Under the pieces are notes generated by a model. The model had not been told where the DNA came from. It did no database searches and saw only the letters and a list, made by a program, of their open reading frames with translations. A program made the translations under genes and the position numbers. From Octopus vulgaris (taxonomy: Eukaryota): 64,000 nt of DNA. The stretch spans positions 53,568,001 to 53,632,000 of the forward strand of contig OX597824.1 in the NCBI GenBank assembly GCA_951406725.2, given 5' to 3'. This document shows, one piece after another, positions 21,881-33,759 of the stretch. Within the stretch, counting starts at the first letter, position 1; every line of letters starts with the position of its first letter.

Positions 21881-22522
21881 AATATCAAGCTTCATAGAGA
21901 TGATAAAAGACTGCAGTATCCCCAGTATGGAACAGTAGTAATTCAACAGAAACATTTCTGCCACATCAACTTCATTTTTATTTTTACTTTTTAATGACCA
22001 AATTATTTAATGATTTGAGTGAAATGAAAAGACTGACAGCCACAATTTAAAAACAGGTTGTAAACTCAGTTTTCCAGGAGCTTATCACTCTACAGTTAGG
22101 AAGAAACAATTGAGTAGATGATGTGCATTTAACTTCCACAACACAGGTCATAAGCTCATATAGACTGCAGGCGTATTTGTTAGTAACAAAGCAATATATT
22201 TAAATCACTATATTTCTATTCATCTAACAAATTGGAATCAAAGAAGCTGCTAAATCACATAGGAATGTTATCTATGAAGGACTGATGTCTTCTCCAGAAC
22301 CAGACATATGTCTTGCCCACTTAAATTTATGTAACTAAAATAAAACATTAGGCCTTTTAAAATTCCTCAACATTTTAGTCATTTACATTCTTTTATTCTT
22401 TTACTTGTTTCAGTCATTGGCCACAGCCATGCTGGAGCACTGCCATATCTAACTGTATTCTACAAGTACTCCTCAATAATGAAAATATAAAGTTTCTTTC
22501 TTAAGGAAAAAGAGTGAATTAC

Positions 22523-22679
22523 TTGTGGTCTCTGATAATTCAGCTGTCTGCCTAATGACAGGGTTTTCAGTGGACATCTTCAACTTCTCAGGAATATGAC
22601 CCCTCAATTTCTGTTGTGTTTTTGGAGCACTATCTTTCTGTTTTTTCTTCTTCTTGCTTTCTTTAGCTGGACCAGAAGA
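22523..22679 (-). CDS. NEMF: NEMF exon: SSGPAKESKKKKKQKDSAPKTQQKLRGHIPEKLKMSTENPVIRQTAELSETT
   Basis: CAG acceptor, GTAATT donor; open in phase; resembles the recalled SAGSNKEEKGKKGKK segment of NEMF. Confidence 0.75.
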
Positions 22680-23040
22680 CTGTTAATGTGAGAAACAGGA
22701 AACAAATATAATTCTCTGATTGGCTGACAATGACAGAACTGTGTACCAACACTCTCCACTGCCAACACAAATGCAGCTTTAGAAACAGAACTACATCTTA
22801 GGATATGCATGTCCAGTTTAAAAGATATAATAACTACAAGTATTGCACAAACCAAGTTTGTACATTCAGAAGTGATAAAATATGATATATTTGAGATACT
22901 TGATATGACTGTTGCCCTCAACCAATTTAAGAATCTCTTATCTGGTCATTTGATCTGCTAGTAATACTAGCTAAATGTCTCTGAAATTTCACTGTACCAT
23001 CTTAAAAAAGGAAGGATACTTTACATAATCGTAGAAACAG

Positions 23041-23570
23041 TACAGGGTATTTGGACTAAATTTGACAGTTTGCATAAAAGGAAAAAAAAATAATAATATC
23101 CCATCCAAAAATAAGGGTATTTTAAAATTCAAAAAATATCAACTAGATTATGGCTGGGAGGTAACAGTTTATTCAAAGTAGGCACCCTCAACTTCCACCA
23201 TAGCCTCAAGACAGATCCAGAACCTAGTGCATGCTTTCCGTACTGTATCTTTGAGAAGGTCTTCAAATACCTCTTTGATCTTGGTCACCAGATCTGTCTT
23301 CGTGTTGCAGGCTGAGCAGTTGGTGTCTTTCTCAACCAAACCCCACACATAACAATCCATAGGATTACAATTGGGGGAATAAAAGAGGCCAGAAATCAGG
23401 GCTGGTGAAGTTGTTGAAATTCTCCAACAATCACTTCTGATTCTTCCCAGAGGTATGGCAAGGAGTCAAATCCAGCTGCCACTTATGTATCCTTCCAGTA
23501 GCAACCCTCTCTAGCTAGAGTTTGACCACAGTCCCTAGCAGCTTCCCATAGCTATTTGAATTGATGGTAA
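23041..23570 (-). mobile_element. Tc1/mariner-superfamily (maT/DD37D-like) transposase C-terminal fragment with terminal repeat
   Basis: CNPMDCYVWGLVEKDTN...VRKACTRF...VEVEGAYFE; terminus TACAGGGT at 23041. Confidence 0.75.
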
Positions 23571-23648
23571 TTAAATGCTAAAAGTGATGATGCTGCTGAC
23601 ATGCATCATGAGACACAGGACAATAAATAACCATAAATATTGACTTAC

Positions 23649-23726
23649 AGCAAGCAATTCCATACAGAGGAGACGTTCTTCCTCATCCTGGTCTTTGTAT
23701 TTCTCTTTTATCTTCTTCAACTTGTT
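23649..23726 (-). CDS. NEMF: NEMF exon: NKLKKIKEKYKDQDEEERLLCMELLA
   Basis: Conserved KEKYKDQDEE motif; AAG acceptor, GTAAGT donor. Confidence 0.93.
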
Positions 23727-25085
23727 CTTTGGGAAAAATAAAATGATTTAGTTGTGAATATAACTTTAGCACACCATCAACAGCAACTACCACAATGTCA
23801 AACAATTAGTAATATTAATACTGTCAGTAGAGTCACCAAATGCTGAATCTTTAGATTCAGCCACAACATCAACCATTGTTTATTCCCTTCAGATTATTTC
23901 TGAATTAAAGCAAGCCCACATACAAAAAAAAATTTGTTTTGCTGTCTTTTACACCAGAATATTAAAACTTTGTAAAAAAGAGATATCAATTCTCTCAATC
24001 AACAAATAATGCTAAGAAAATGAGACAAAACTTTCTCAAGATAAGCAGCTAGTTTACTGAAAGTTACTTTTACCAGAGAAATGCATCTTACAAAATGATG
24101 CTGCAAACTGAAAGCAGTGACAAATAAATCCATAGCCTATAAGCTAGCAGTTTGATAATGCATACTTTAAGCATTTAAATTTCAACACTACTGTTTTTAC
24201 TGTTGTTTTATGAACTGTAAATCTCTGAACATGATATCAATGGACCAGAACTTCGCTTCATTTCTATTGATGAAGAATATTTTCCCTGGGCTGACTATCA
24301 GACTATCACAGTTAACATTTCAAAACAACACTGTACCAATTTCTAACAGCTAAGAAAAGTAAGACATATAGAATTTAAGTATGCCAACCAAATACACAAC
24401 AAAATACTTGTCATAGATTCAAGTCCTGTGAGCTACTGCTGTTCTTGCAGGAGTTGAACACTTCTTCAATGTTACAATTTTCACAGGTGACAACTACATT
24501 TTAGTTTTGAACAATATTTTGGCTTTGCTTCATATACTAAGGACCACTTGTATTTTGTTCAGAAGCTGCACTAAAATGAGACATATTTTGTTTAGCAGCT
24601 GCACAAGAATAAAGCATAGATGCATGAAGCTTCACATACTTCAGTGGCCAAATAAATAACTGCAAGAATTTCATATTAGCTACACACAAATATATAATTC
24701 ATAGGTAATAAGTCAAAAACCATCAATTATTGTAGGATTTGAAATCATGATAAAATGATACTATAATCCTTACTTCAGTAGATTTATTGGTAAAACAGAG
24801 AAACTGATTCACTCTGAAACAAAAATCATTTTACAAATACTTCATTGTGGATTTGGCTCTGTTCCTCTAAACTTACCAACTCCTGAGAGAGGTAATACTT
24901 CTAGCCTAAAAGTATTAAAATGGCCTTTCTTGCAGCCATTATCAACATATCTCACTCCACCAAACAACCTTCTACTTTGTTTTCTGTACCTAGGATGGCC
25001 TAAAAAGACTGTTTGAACTACTTTTTGTCTCCAAATCACAGCACACAGCATCACCAAACAACCTAATAACAAAATAAAAACTTAC

Positions 25086-25142
25086 TCTTTTGCCTCTTTT
25101 TAAAGGTTCTTGCTTCACAGATGAAACAGTGCTTAATGGTAG
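25086..25142 (-). CDS. NEMF: NEMF exon: LPLSTVSSVKQEPLKRGKR
   Basis: Matches the P(M/L)KRG motif that precedes KEKYKDQD; TAG acceptor, GTAAG donor. Confidence 0.85.
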
Positions 25143-26417
25143 CTAAAATTAGAAAGAAATAAAACTAAAAGTAAAGTCATGTTAATTAATATGTCAACAA
25201 CAATATCAATGTATGTCTACAACAACAATACTAACATTCAAAGTTAACAGAAGTATTTGTTTAATTCTTCCATCTATTTTGCTAATAATGATATGAATTC
25301 TTTGGTCAAAAATAACAGAGTGATGCACTGTGTTCCTGGCCAAGACATTTAACTTCCGAATGGCCCAAACCATGATTTCAGGAATTTTAGGTACCGTTTA
25401 TTTTAAATAGGTACCGTTTATTTTAAGGAAGGTTTCATGCTTCTCATTCTGTTTTTTTGTCTCTTCTTTTTCCTACTTTTTCTGTCTTTAGTGTTTTAGT
25501 GATAGACACTGATAGACCTTCCACTCTTTACAGGTAGAGTCATGTGCTGTGTGAGTGTAGTAAAGAATCTAGCAAGCAATCCACATGAGTAACATACATG
25601 TGTGTCCTCACAATTATTGAAGCATGCCTAATCCCTCACTACTGCTTGACAACTGGTGTTGATGTGTTTACATCCCCATAAATTTAGCAGTTCAGCAAAA
25701 GAGACCAATAGAATAAGTACCAGGCTTAAATAGAAAATAAATACAGGGGTCGATTAGTTTGACTAAAATTCCTGAAGGCATGGCTACAGTCTAATGACTA
25801 AAGCAAGATAAAAGATAAAAAAACATTATCAAGTCTTGTATGGGATACATGTTTACACTGATGTATAGCAATGTAGGAAATACTACCGTTTTGTGGCCAT
25901 TAGCTTAGTCTTCATCATTACACTATGCCACAAATACACATACATCATCACTATAAATTTGAGAACACAGTTTTCAATCATTAACTATTAATATGTAGTA
26001 GTGGTGGAAGTCTACCATGGAATTAGTACCCAATTAGAACTTCATGTCCAACCGTTGACTTTGAGACCAAAGGTACTGAACACAGAAATGAAGCAACTGA
26101 CAATGAACATGTACACTGGAGTACAAGAGAAGAGACTGTACAATACAAAAGGACTGTTGATACTGTTCATATGTATTATGTTCAGGTATACTTCACTAGT
26201 TGTGGGGAAAACATGTATGTTACTGATGTGGCTCTCTTGCTAGAGTTATAACTGCACTCACACAACACACAACTCTACATGCAAAGAGTGAAAAGCACAT
26301 ACACACACATTTTCTAGTTACATATCTCATTTTTAATGTTAATATGAATTGTATGTTTTCATAAATCTGGACATTATCTGTTTCTGGAATGAATGCTTTT
26401 GCAGCTACATGGATAGT

Positions 26418-27781
26418 ACCAATAGGACCTTAACACTCACAGATATTTAGCCTCACAGAAGGAGTTTTATGGCTAACTGAATTTAAATCACATAACAAGT
26501 GGACTTTACAGTTCAAATATTGAACTACTGTTGTACCCATTGTTATAGTTAGAAGCATATTCTTCAGACATATATATTCTCTGAAGAGATCATAATCCCA
26601 AATTCTTATTTGAGCTATATACTGTTATTTAAAACTAGTATTTAAAACTGCTAATCATCAAGTTGGAAACATCAACAGTGGTATACACTATCAATCAAGT
26701 AGACGAAGCAAGTAATGTGACTTTTATTGAAGTTGAACATGATGACTGTGTGCAGCAAGATTTGAACTAATGACTACAATATCTATAATCTAGCAACCAG
26801 CTTCCCTAGTTATATAACAGAATGCACAATTCTCCTGAATGCAGGAATGCTAAGTCAATTCATAGCAACATTCAGAAACGTAGCACCCAACTATTATAGA
26901 GACTATAAAATCAAATCAATTTTAACATGTTGACAATAGGTAGGATGTTTCTGTCTTATCAAAATCAAAGTCACATGTAGCTGGGCCAATAAGATGTAAT
27001 GCTATCTATCTAAGTTGTAGTAAATCTTGTGGATATTGGTATACTTGAGAAGATACATCAAGTAAAATTGAAGTCATCCATAAAGGCATTCTTTATGGCC
27101 ATGACCCCATTCACTCTCCCAGCTGAGCGGTCTTTGTCTTGCAAGTGCTGGAACCACATAAAATGCACTTATACTGGTGCCATGTAAAATGCTCTCATAT
27201 CCTGGTGCCACATAAAATGCACTCATGCCAATGCCATGCAGAATGCACTTGTGCAAGTGCCACATAGAATGCATCTGTGCCAGTGTCACGTAAAAGGCAC
27301 CCAGCAGACTCTGTAAAGTGATTGGCATTAGAAAGGGCATCCAGCTATAGAAACCATGCCAAAACAGACAATTGGAACCTAGACAGCTCTCAAGCCAGCC
27401 AGCTCCTGCCAAACCATGCAACACATGTTAGCATGGAAAACAGATATTAAATGATGATGATGATGATGACATATAGCTGTAAAATTCTCCCTTTCAATCA
27501 CCTCCTATCAAGTTATAATTAACACCATCAGTAATACCAAGTAAAGATTGATCTCATGACCAATAGGACCTTAACACTCACAGATATTTAGCCTCACAGA
27601 AGGAGTTTTATGGCTAACTGAATTTAAATCACATAACAAGTGGACTTTACAGTTCAAATATTGAACTACTGTTGTACCCATTGTTATAGTTAGAAGCATA
27701 TTCTTCAGACATATATATTCTCTGAAGAGATCATAATCCCAAATTCTTATTTAAGCTATATACTGTTATTTAAAACTAGTA
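26418..27781. repeat. ~223-bp near-perfect direct repeat (26418-26640 and 27559-27781)
   Basis: ACCAATAGGACCTTAACACTCACAG...TAAAACTAGTA in both copies; one mismatch seen. Confidence 0.93.
27110..27470 (+). mobile_element. SINE 3' part with internal short repeats and (GAT)n tail
   Basis: GGCATTAGAAAGGGCATCCAGCTATAGAAAC...GCATGGAAAA...TAAATGATGATGATG, shared with other copies in the window. Confidence 0.75.
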
Positions 27782-27798
27782 AGAAGGTTTCCACATAC

Positions 27799-27919
27799 AT
27801 TTTCACTGTTGGTCTCACAAAGGTCTTCTTTCAGTTGTGTTGAAGATGTGACTTCAGTTTTCTCCTGGTCAATCATTTCAGCTGAGTTGTGACCTTGCCT
27901 TTTACTTTTGCGTAAATCT
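27799..27919 (-). CDS. NEMF: NEMF exon: (R)DLRKSKRQGHNSAEMIDQEKTEVTSSTQLKEDLCETNSEN
   Basis: TTGCAG acceptor, GTATGT donor; phases 2 to 0 fit both neighbours. Confidence 0.72.
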
Positions 27920-27994
27920 CTGCAAATAAAAGTGAATATAAAAACAATTGGACTAAATATATATTTACCTCACAATCAGAATAATTATATATAT

Positions 27995-28296
27995 ATACAA
28001 GGACCAACTCAAAACAACACTGAAAGCCGCCACTGGACTTCAGCCTAATCATCTGAAACACAAGCCCAATATCATACCAAGTGGCTGTGTTCCATCACCA
28101 ACAGAACCGAAAACTTCGAAACCATCCAAACAGATAAGGAAGAAATCAAATGTCAGGAGAAAAACACTCAACAAAATCAACTTCATACTCCACTAACACT
28201 GCAATGCAGTCAATGCTATCGAGTCTTCTGTACAAGAATTGGTGTACAGAGTCATCAATGCATTCACCATCAAGGAGGTGTTCAGCAAAGAAGAAA
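27995..28296 (+). mobile_element. RTE-clade LINE 3' fragment
   Basis: YKDQLKTTLK and terminal C2H2-like CSQCYRVFCTRIGVQSHQCIH, typical of RTE ORF2 C-termini. Confidence 0.65.
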
Positions 28297-28377
28297 CTAA
28301 ATTCTTAGATAAGAGATAAAGTCATTGCCAGCATGGCCGCAGCTCTGAGCTGAAACTAGAAAAAAAATAATATATAG

Positions 28378-28444
<67 letters not shown>

Positions 28445-28624
28445 CATATATATATATATACACACATATATATATACATACATATATATATATATATATA
28501 CATACATACATATATATACATACATACATATATATATACATATACACATATATATATATACATACATATTCATACATACATATTCATATATATATATATT
28601 TATATTTTAAAACATCTCTAAAAC

Positions 28625-29156
28625 TGTCAAAAGCTTGTTTATTTTTATGTCTTTGATTTATTGTTAGTGTTCCTTAATATGTTTTGCTAAAATTGCTGCT
28701 TCTTTTCAAATATCATCAGAAAAAGGTAATTAAAATTCATTAAAATGACAGATCTATCAGACATTCAAAGAGGTCAAATTGTTGATGCTCGTATGGCAGG
28801 CACAAGCATAATGAAAACAGCCGAAATGTTTGGTGTATCAAGAATTACTGTCTCAAAAGTAATGACAGCCTTTGAGAAAGAGGGAAAAAAACCTCCTCAT
28901 CGAAACAAAACTCTGGAAGAAGACCAAAACTTACAGATAGGGACCGTCAGATACATGCGAATTGTTAGAAAGGATCACAAAAGTACAGCTCCCAAAATTA
29001 CTGCAGAGCTTAATGACCACCTCGAGAACCCAGTTTCTACAAAAATGTTTGCCGAGAGCTGCACAAAGCCAGCCAGATTTCACAGGATGGCTGCAATCAG
29101 AAAACCACTACTTTCAAGAACCAAATGTTCCAAAGCATTTAGAGTGGAGTAAAAAT
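28625..29156 (+). mobile_element. Tc1-like transposon, 5' part (paired-like HTH)
   Basis: MTDLSDIQRGQIVDARMAG...AEMFGVSRITVSKV...TAPKITAELN...AAIRKPLLS. Confidence 0.88.
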
Positions 29157-31990
29157 ATAGACCTTACACCTAACGAAATAAGCATACTATCCAAAGGACT
29201 TAAATTTAACCCAACCCCACAACGTCCAAATTACTATGAAATGAAAGATGTTATTTCAGAATTTTGTAGGAAATTAAGACTTGCCAAGGAATTTGATGGC
29301 AAACAAATAGATGACGAATCAATAGCTAGAAACAACAGTGACTACACCCCTACCAAGGGAAAGAATAAAGCCTTAGACCACTTTTGTGACCACATAACCA
29401 ATTTCCCTTTTCAACTCACCAATAAGCAAAAATACAGACCAAACTTCAACAAAAGAGAATGAATGACCTCATCAATCTAAGAGAGGATAAAACCATAACA
29501 ATCAAGAAGGCAGATAAGGGCAACACGGTAGTATTAATGAATACAAATGATTATAAAAATTTAGTACTATCCTTATTAAGAGATGAGACATAGTATGAAA
29601 GGACCCAACATTATAATCAACCAAAAATAATGAATAACCTCAGGACATTAATCAACTCATACCGAGAAGGACTCACAGACAAGGAGTACGATTACATCAC
29701 CAACTTCAAGTGCAAATCAAGTTTATTCTACAGTATCCCTAAAGTCCACAAAAGCCAAATAATTAGTGAAACATGCAAAAAAAACTACTGACATAATCAT
29801 CAAAATCCCCTCACCGAATGATCTTAAACTTTGACTGATAATAGCAGGCCCAGCATGCGAAACTCACCACCTCAGTAACTTCTTAGACACACTTCTGAAA
29901 CCTTTCCTTAAGCACATCAAAAGCTACATAAGAGACAATATAGACATGCTTAACCACCTTCCAAAAACAGTCAATGAGAAAACCCCGCAAGTATCCTTCA
30001 ACGTAATTAACCTTTATTCAAACATCCCCCACACCCTAGGAATAGAAGCAATCACTTTTCAACTCACATAAATAAAGAACTCATAATAGAAGGACTGAGA
30101 TTTATCTTAGAAAACAATTACTTTATATTTAATAATGACTACAGACAAAGATCGAGAACAGCCATGGGTACACGTACTGTGCCTTCTTTTGCCAACCTAG
30201 TAATGGGCTACCTCGAAATAATACTTTACCAAAAAACACTCGAGAAATATGGAAACTCTTTCTCCACCTATATCCAGAACAACTGGAAAAGATATATCGA
30301 CAACTGCTTCATCCTCTGGGATGAAAATATAGAAAAACTTGAGGAATTTAAAATACTACTAAATGGAATTAATGAAAATATTCAATTCACGATAGAACAT
30401 AACCAAGAAAACTACCATTTGTAGACATCCTCATTAAGAAAGTCGGCAACAAAATAGAGTCAGATATCTATTATAAACCGAGAGACTCAAAGCAATACCT
30501 ACCATTTGACTCATGCCACCCAAGACACACAAGAATGACTATCCCTTTCTGTTTAGCCAGAAGGATTTGCACCATAGTATCAGATACAAACACCCAAAAC
30601 ACACGTCTCCAGGAACTCAGAACTACACAGAATTATCCATAACCTCTAATAGACAATACAATCCAACGAGCACTTAAATTAAATACAGAAGACCTGAGAC
30701 AACTAAAACCAAAAAAGGAAGAAAAACCCTACCCTATATCTCTACACACAACCCACTTAACAATGAGGCCTTCAACACCATACTCCAAAGCACAGCCCTA
30801 CTCAAGGGAGACCCAAAGATGAACCGAATCCTCCAAACATACACCATCATAAAAAGTAAACAGCAACCAAAATCCTTAAAGACGATTTTAACCCAGGCTA
30901 AACTGCACCCAATAACAACCACAAAATCAACAGTTAAAAAATGTGGAAAGCCCAACTGCGGGATCTGTGTCATCTTAATAGAAGGTTCAGAATACACATT
31001 AGAACAATGCCATCATTTTAACATCAGAACAAACTTCACCTGTGCATTGGAAAACTTAATTTACATGATAACATGTGCAGGGTGCAATAGGCAATATATT
31101 GGCTATACAAAAAGCAGCCTACGAAAAAGGATAGCTGTACATAAATTCCAAATTAGGAATTCTGAATACAGGAAAATATCTGTCAGCAGCCACGTAGACA
31201 AATGTGCATCAAATAAAGATCCAAAATTCACAACTTTCCCACTTTATCAAGTCAATAACAACGTCATTTTCACTCAATGACATAACAAAGAACTCCATTT
31301 CATTAGAAAATCCGGACTAAGTTTAAACACTCTGGGCCAGGAACAATAAAACCATATATTGGTTATCCAAAAAGAAAAAAGGAATTCTACAACTCCAACC
31401 ACCACTACCACCACGATCACTACTACTACTGCAAACAACGGTCGCTGCTACTGCTGCTATTACAACCAATGATCACTCCCACTTCTACTACTACTACTAT
31501 AGCCAATGAACTACTACTACAACTCCAACCACCACAGTCACTACAAATACTACTACGACCAACAGTCTCTTCTACAGCTGCTATTACAGCCAACGGTCAT
31601 TTCCACTGCTGCTGCTACTACTACTACTACAGCCAATGAACTGCTTCTACAACTTCTACAACCACCACCATCATGGTCACTACTACTACTACTACTACGA
31701 CGAACAACGGTTTCTGCTACTACTGCTATTACAGCCAATGGTCACTTTTGCGATTACAGCCAATGATTCTAGTCAACACACAAGACAGCCATTATGCTTC
31801 CCCCAACAAAACACCACCACGTGGACTCTGTTGAGACTAGTAAGAAACAGTTATGACCTTTTTTATTACACTTTTAAAAATATCTTTGATAAGGTTAGTT
31901 TTTTCAAGAAGAACCGAAACATATAAAATCTCTAAGAAAATTAAAATTTGTCTTATATAGTGTCGTTTTCAAATTTCTTTTTTATAAATA
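29157..31990 (+). mobile_element. Penelope-like element 1 (RT + GIY-YIG), degraded, with (TAC)-rich 3' region and pLTR
   Basis: LSKGLKFNPTP, IPKVHKS, TAMGTRTVPSFANLVMGYLE, WKRYIDN, CGKPNCGIC, NLIYMITCAGCNRQYIG; multiple stops. Confidence 0.9.
31882..31929 (+). ncRNA. Hammerhead motif with U3-A8 core in the pLTR of Penelope-like element 1
   Basis: ATCT-TTGATAA-GGTT...AACC-GAAA-C ata TA-AAAT; one mismatch each in stems I and III. Confidence 0.6.
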
Positions 31991-32037
31991 TATACCCACT
32001 CGTATGCAACCTACACTTTTTATAAATATACATATAT

Positions 32038-32087
<50 letters not shown>

Positions 32088-32093
32088 GCGTAC

Positions 32094-32128
<35 letters not shown>

Positions 32129-32248
32129 CACAACTCATAATTTTGCCATGTGGTGTATATTGAATCTCCAGTATTTTTGTTCCTTTTATATATTTTTATA
32201 TTTATACATAAACATATATACATATACACATACATATATATATATATA

Positions 32249-32289
<41 letters not shown>

Positions 32290-33750
32290 AATAAGAAAAA
32301 ACAAGATATCCAAAAGTGATGCAGTACGATTGTTTCAAGCGACTCCATTTAATTGAACAATGCAATCATTACATCAATTTAAATGTAGAGCTATCCTCAG
32401 TTGCATAAATAAATAATAAATAAATAAATAGAATTAATTTACAGTTATTATTCCAGTATATCCCTTATTCTTCTCAACAAACCTCTCTCTTTTAGCTAGG
32501 AGTATCATAGAATTGGAGGGTAAGCTTTGGACTAGGTCTGATACCCATAAAAATTTTGATACAGCTATGGGCTCAAGTGATTCAGCCGAGATCACTAATC
32601 TAGTTGGTGCATATCTTTTAAGGTGCCTCAATAGGGAAATCCCTGAATTACAGGGCGGTTTTTATAGAGATGATGCTCTTTTTTCATCCCTAGCAACAAC
32701 AAATCAGTCATAGAAAGAATGAGAAAAAGAATTAGAAAATTTTTTGAAAACTTTAACTTAGGTATTACGTATGAATATGGCACAAAGGTAGTAAATTTTT
32801 TAGATACTACTTTAGACATTAGGATTATACTACCCCTATAGGAAACCAGGTGAAGTTACAAGATATGTGAGCAAATTATCAAATCACCCCCCACCCCCAA
32901 TGTGTTAAAATCGGTAGTTAAAAGTATTTCTAGGAGAATTACAAAATTATCAGCAAATAATGATATTTTTAATACCCATTCCTATCACTACAATTTTGCT
33001 TTGTCTAAGGCAGGATATGACCAGGAAATTACTTCACTTAGTCCTGAAAGTTTAGCACCTTCTAATAATGAGAGTTTGAGTAATAGAGAGACTACTAATT
33101 TACTTAGTTGTGAAAAAATACCAAATGGAAAAACATTCAACAAACCCAACAATTTGAATAATAATAATAGAATAAGCATCAACAGGAAACTGGATGCTAA
33201 AACTGGAACGAAACTTAGGTCAGATAATAAAAGTAATGATGAGAAAGTATTGGTTACTCCTCCCTACATAGATATGAAAACTACTGGAAATAGGAACATA
33301 CCTAATAATCAAGTCACAATTCTAGGGAGCAATGATAGAACAGGTAGATCCCACCCTTACTTACGCCATAAGTTTGAAAGTAAGAACTTCATCTGGTTCA
33401 ATATCCCTTACAACTGTGCCATATCCACAAACATATATATACGAAATTTATGGCTATCTTAGAAAAAAACTTCTCTACTTTCCATAGATATAACAGAATC
33501 TTTTCGCATAAGACAGTGAGAATCTCATATTCTACTCTTCCCAATATGGATACCATCATAGCTAGATTAAATAAGAACAATATAAAATTAGTTAGAGGCG
33601 ATAATAACAACAACAAGAAAGAATAGCCCCGCACTGAATAACAACATGGACATGCTACACTGGGCTCCCCATTCAAAAACAAATCTAATCCAATAACATT
33701 GATGGAATTAGATAAAGGAACCTGTGGAAGACTTGAAGGAAGCGGTCTTT
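32290..33750 (+). mobile_element. Penelope-like element 2, RT part, preceded by an inverted pLTR-like segment
   Basis: FDTAMGSSDSAEITNLVGAYLL...FYRDDA, VNFLDTTL, YVSKLSNHP, IWFNIPYN, VRISYSTLPN. Confidence 0.82.
32319..32406 (-). ncRNA. Type-I hammerhead motif with a long stem II
   Basis: Minus strand: ATGCAA-CTGAGGA-T-AGCTC..CATTTAAATTGA..loop..TCAATTAAATGGAGTCGCT-T-GAAA-C aatc G-TA-CTGCAT. Confidence 0.68.
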
Positions 33751-33759
33751 TAATGAAAA

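Noticed and set aside
28200-28270. C2H2 zinc-finger gene exon
   Set aside because: A single finger preceded by an RTE ORF2 motif; better explained as a LINE 3' end.
31395-31770. Low-complexity ORFs (poly-T/Y/L), and similar ones at 42937-43431 and 62303-62782
   Set aside because: Degenerate trinucleotide or CT-rich repeats with no splice or domain support.
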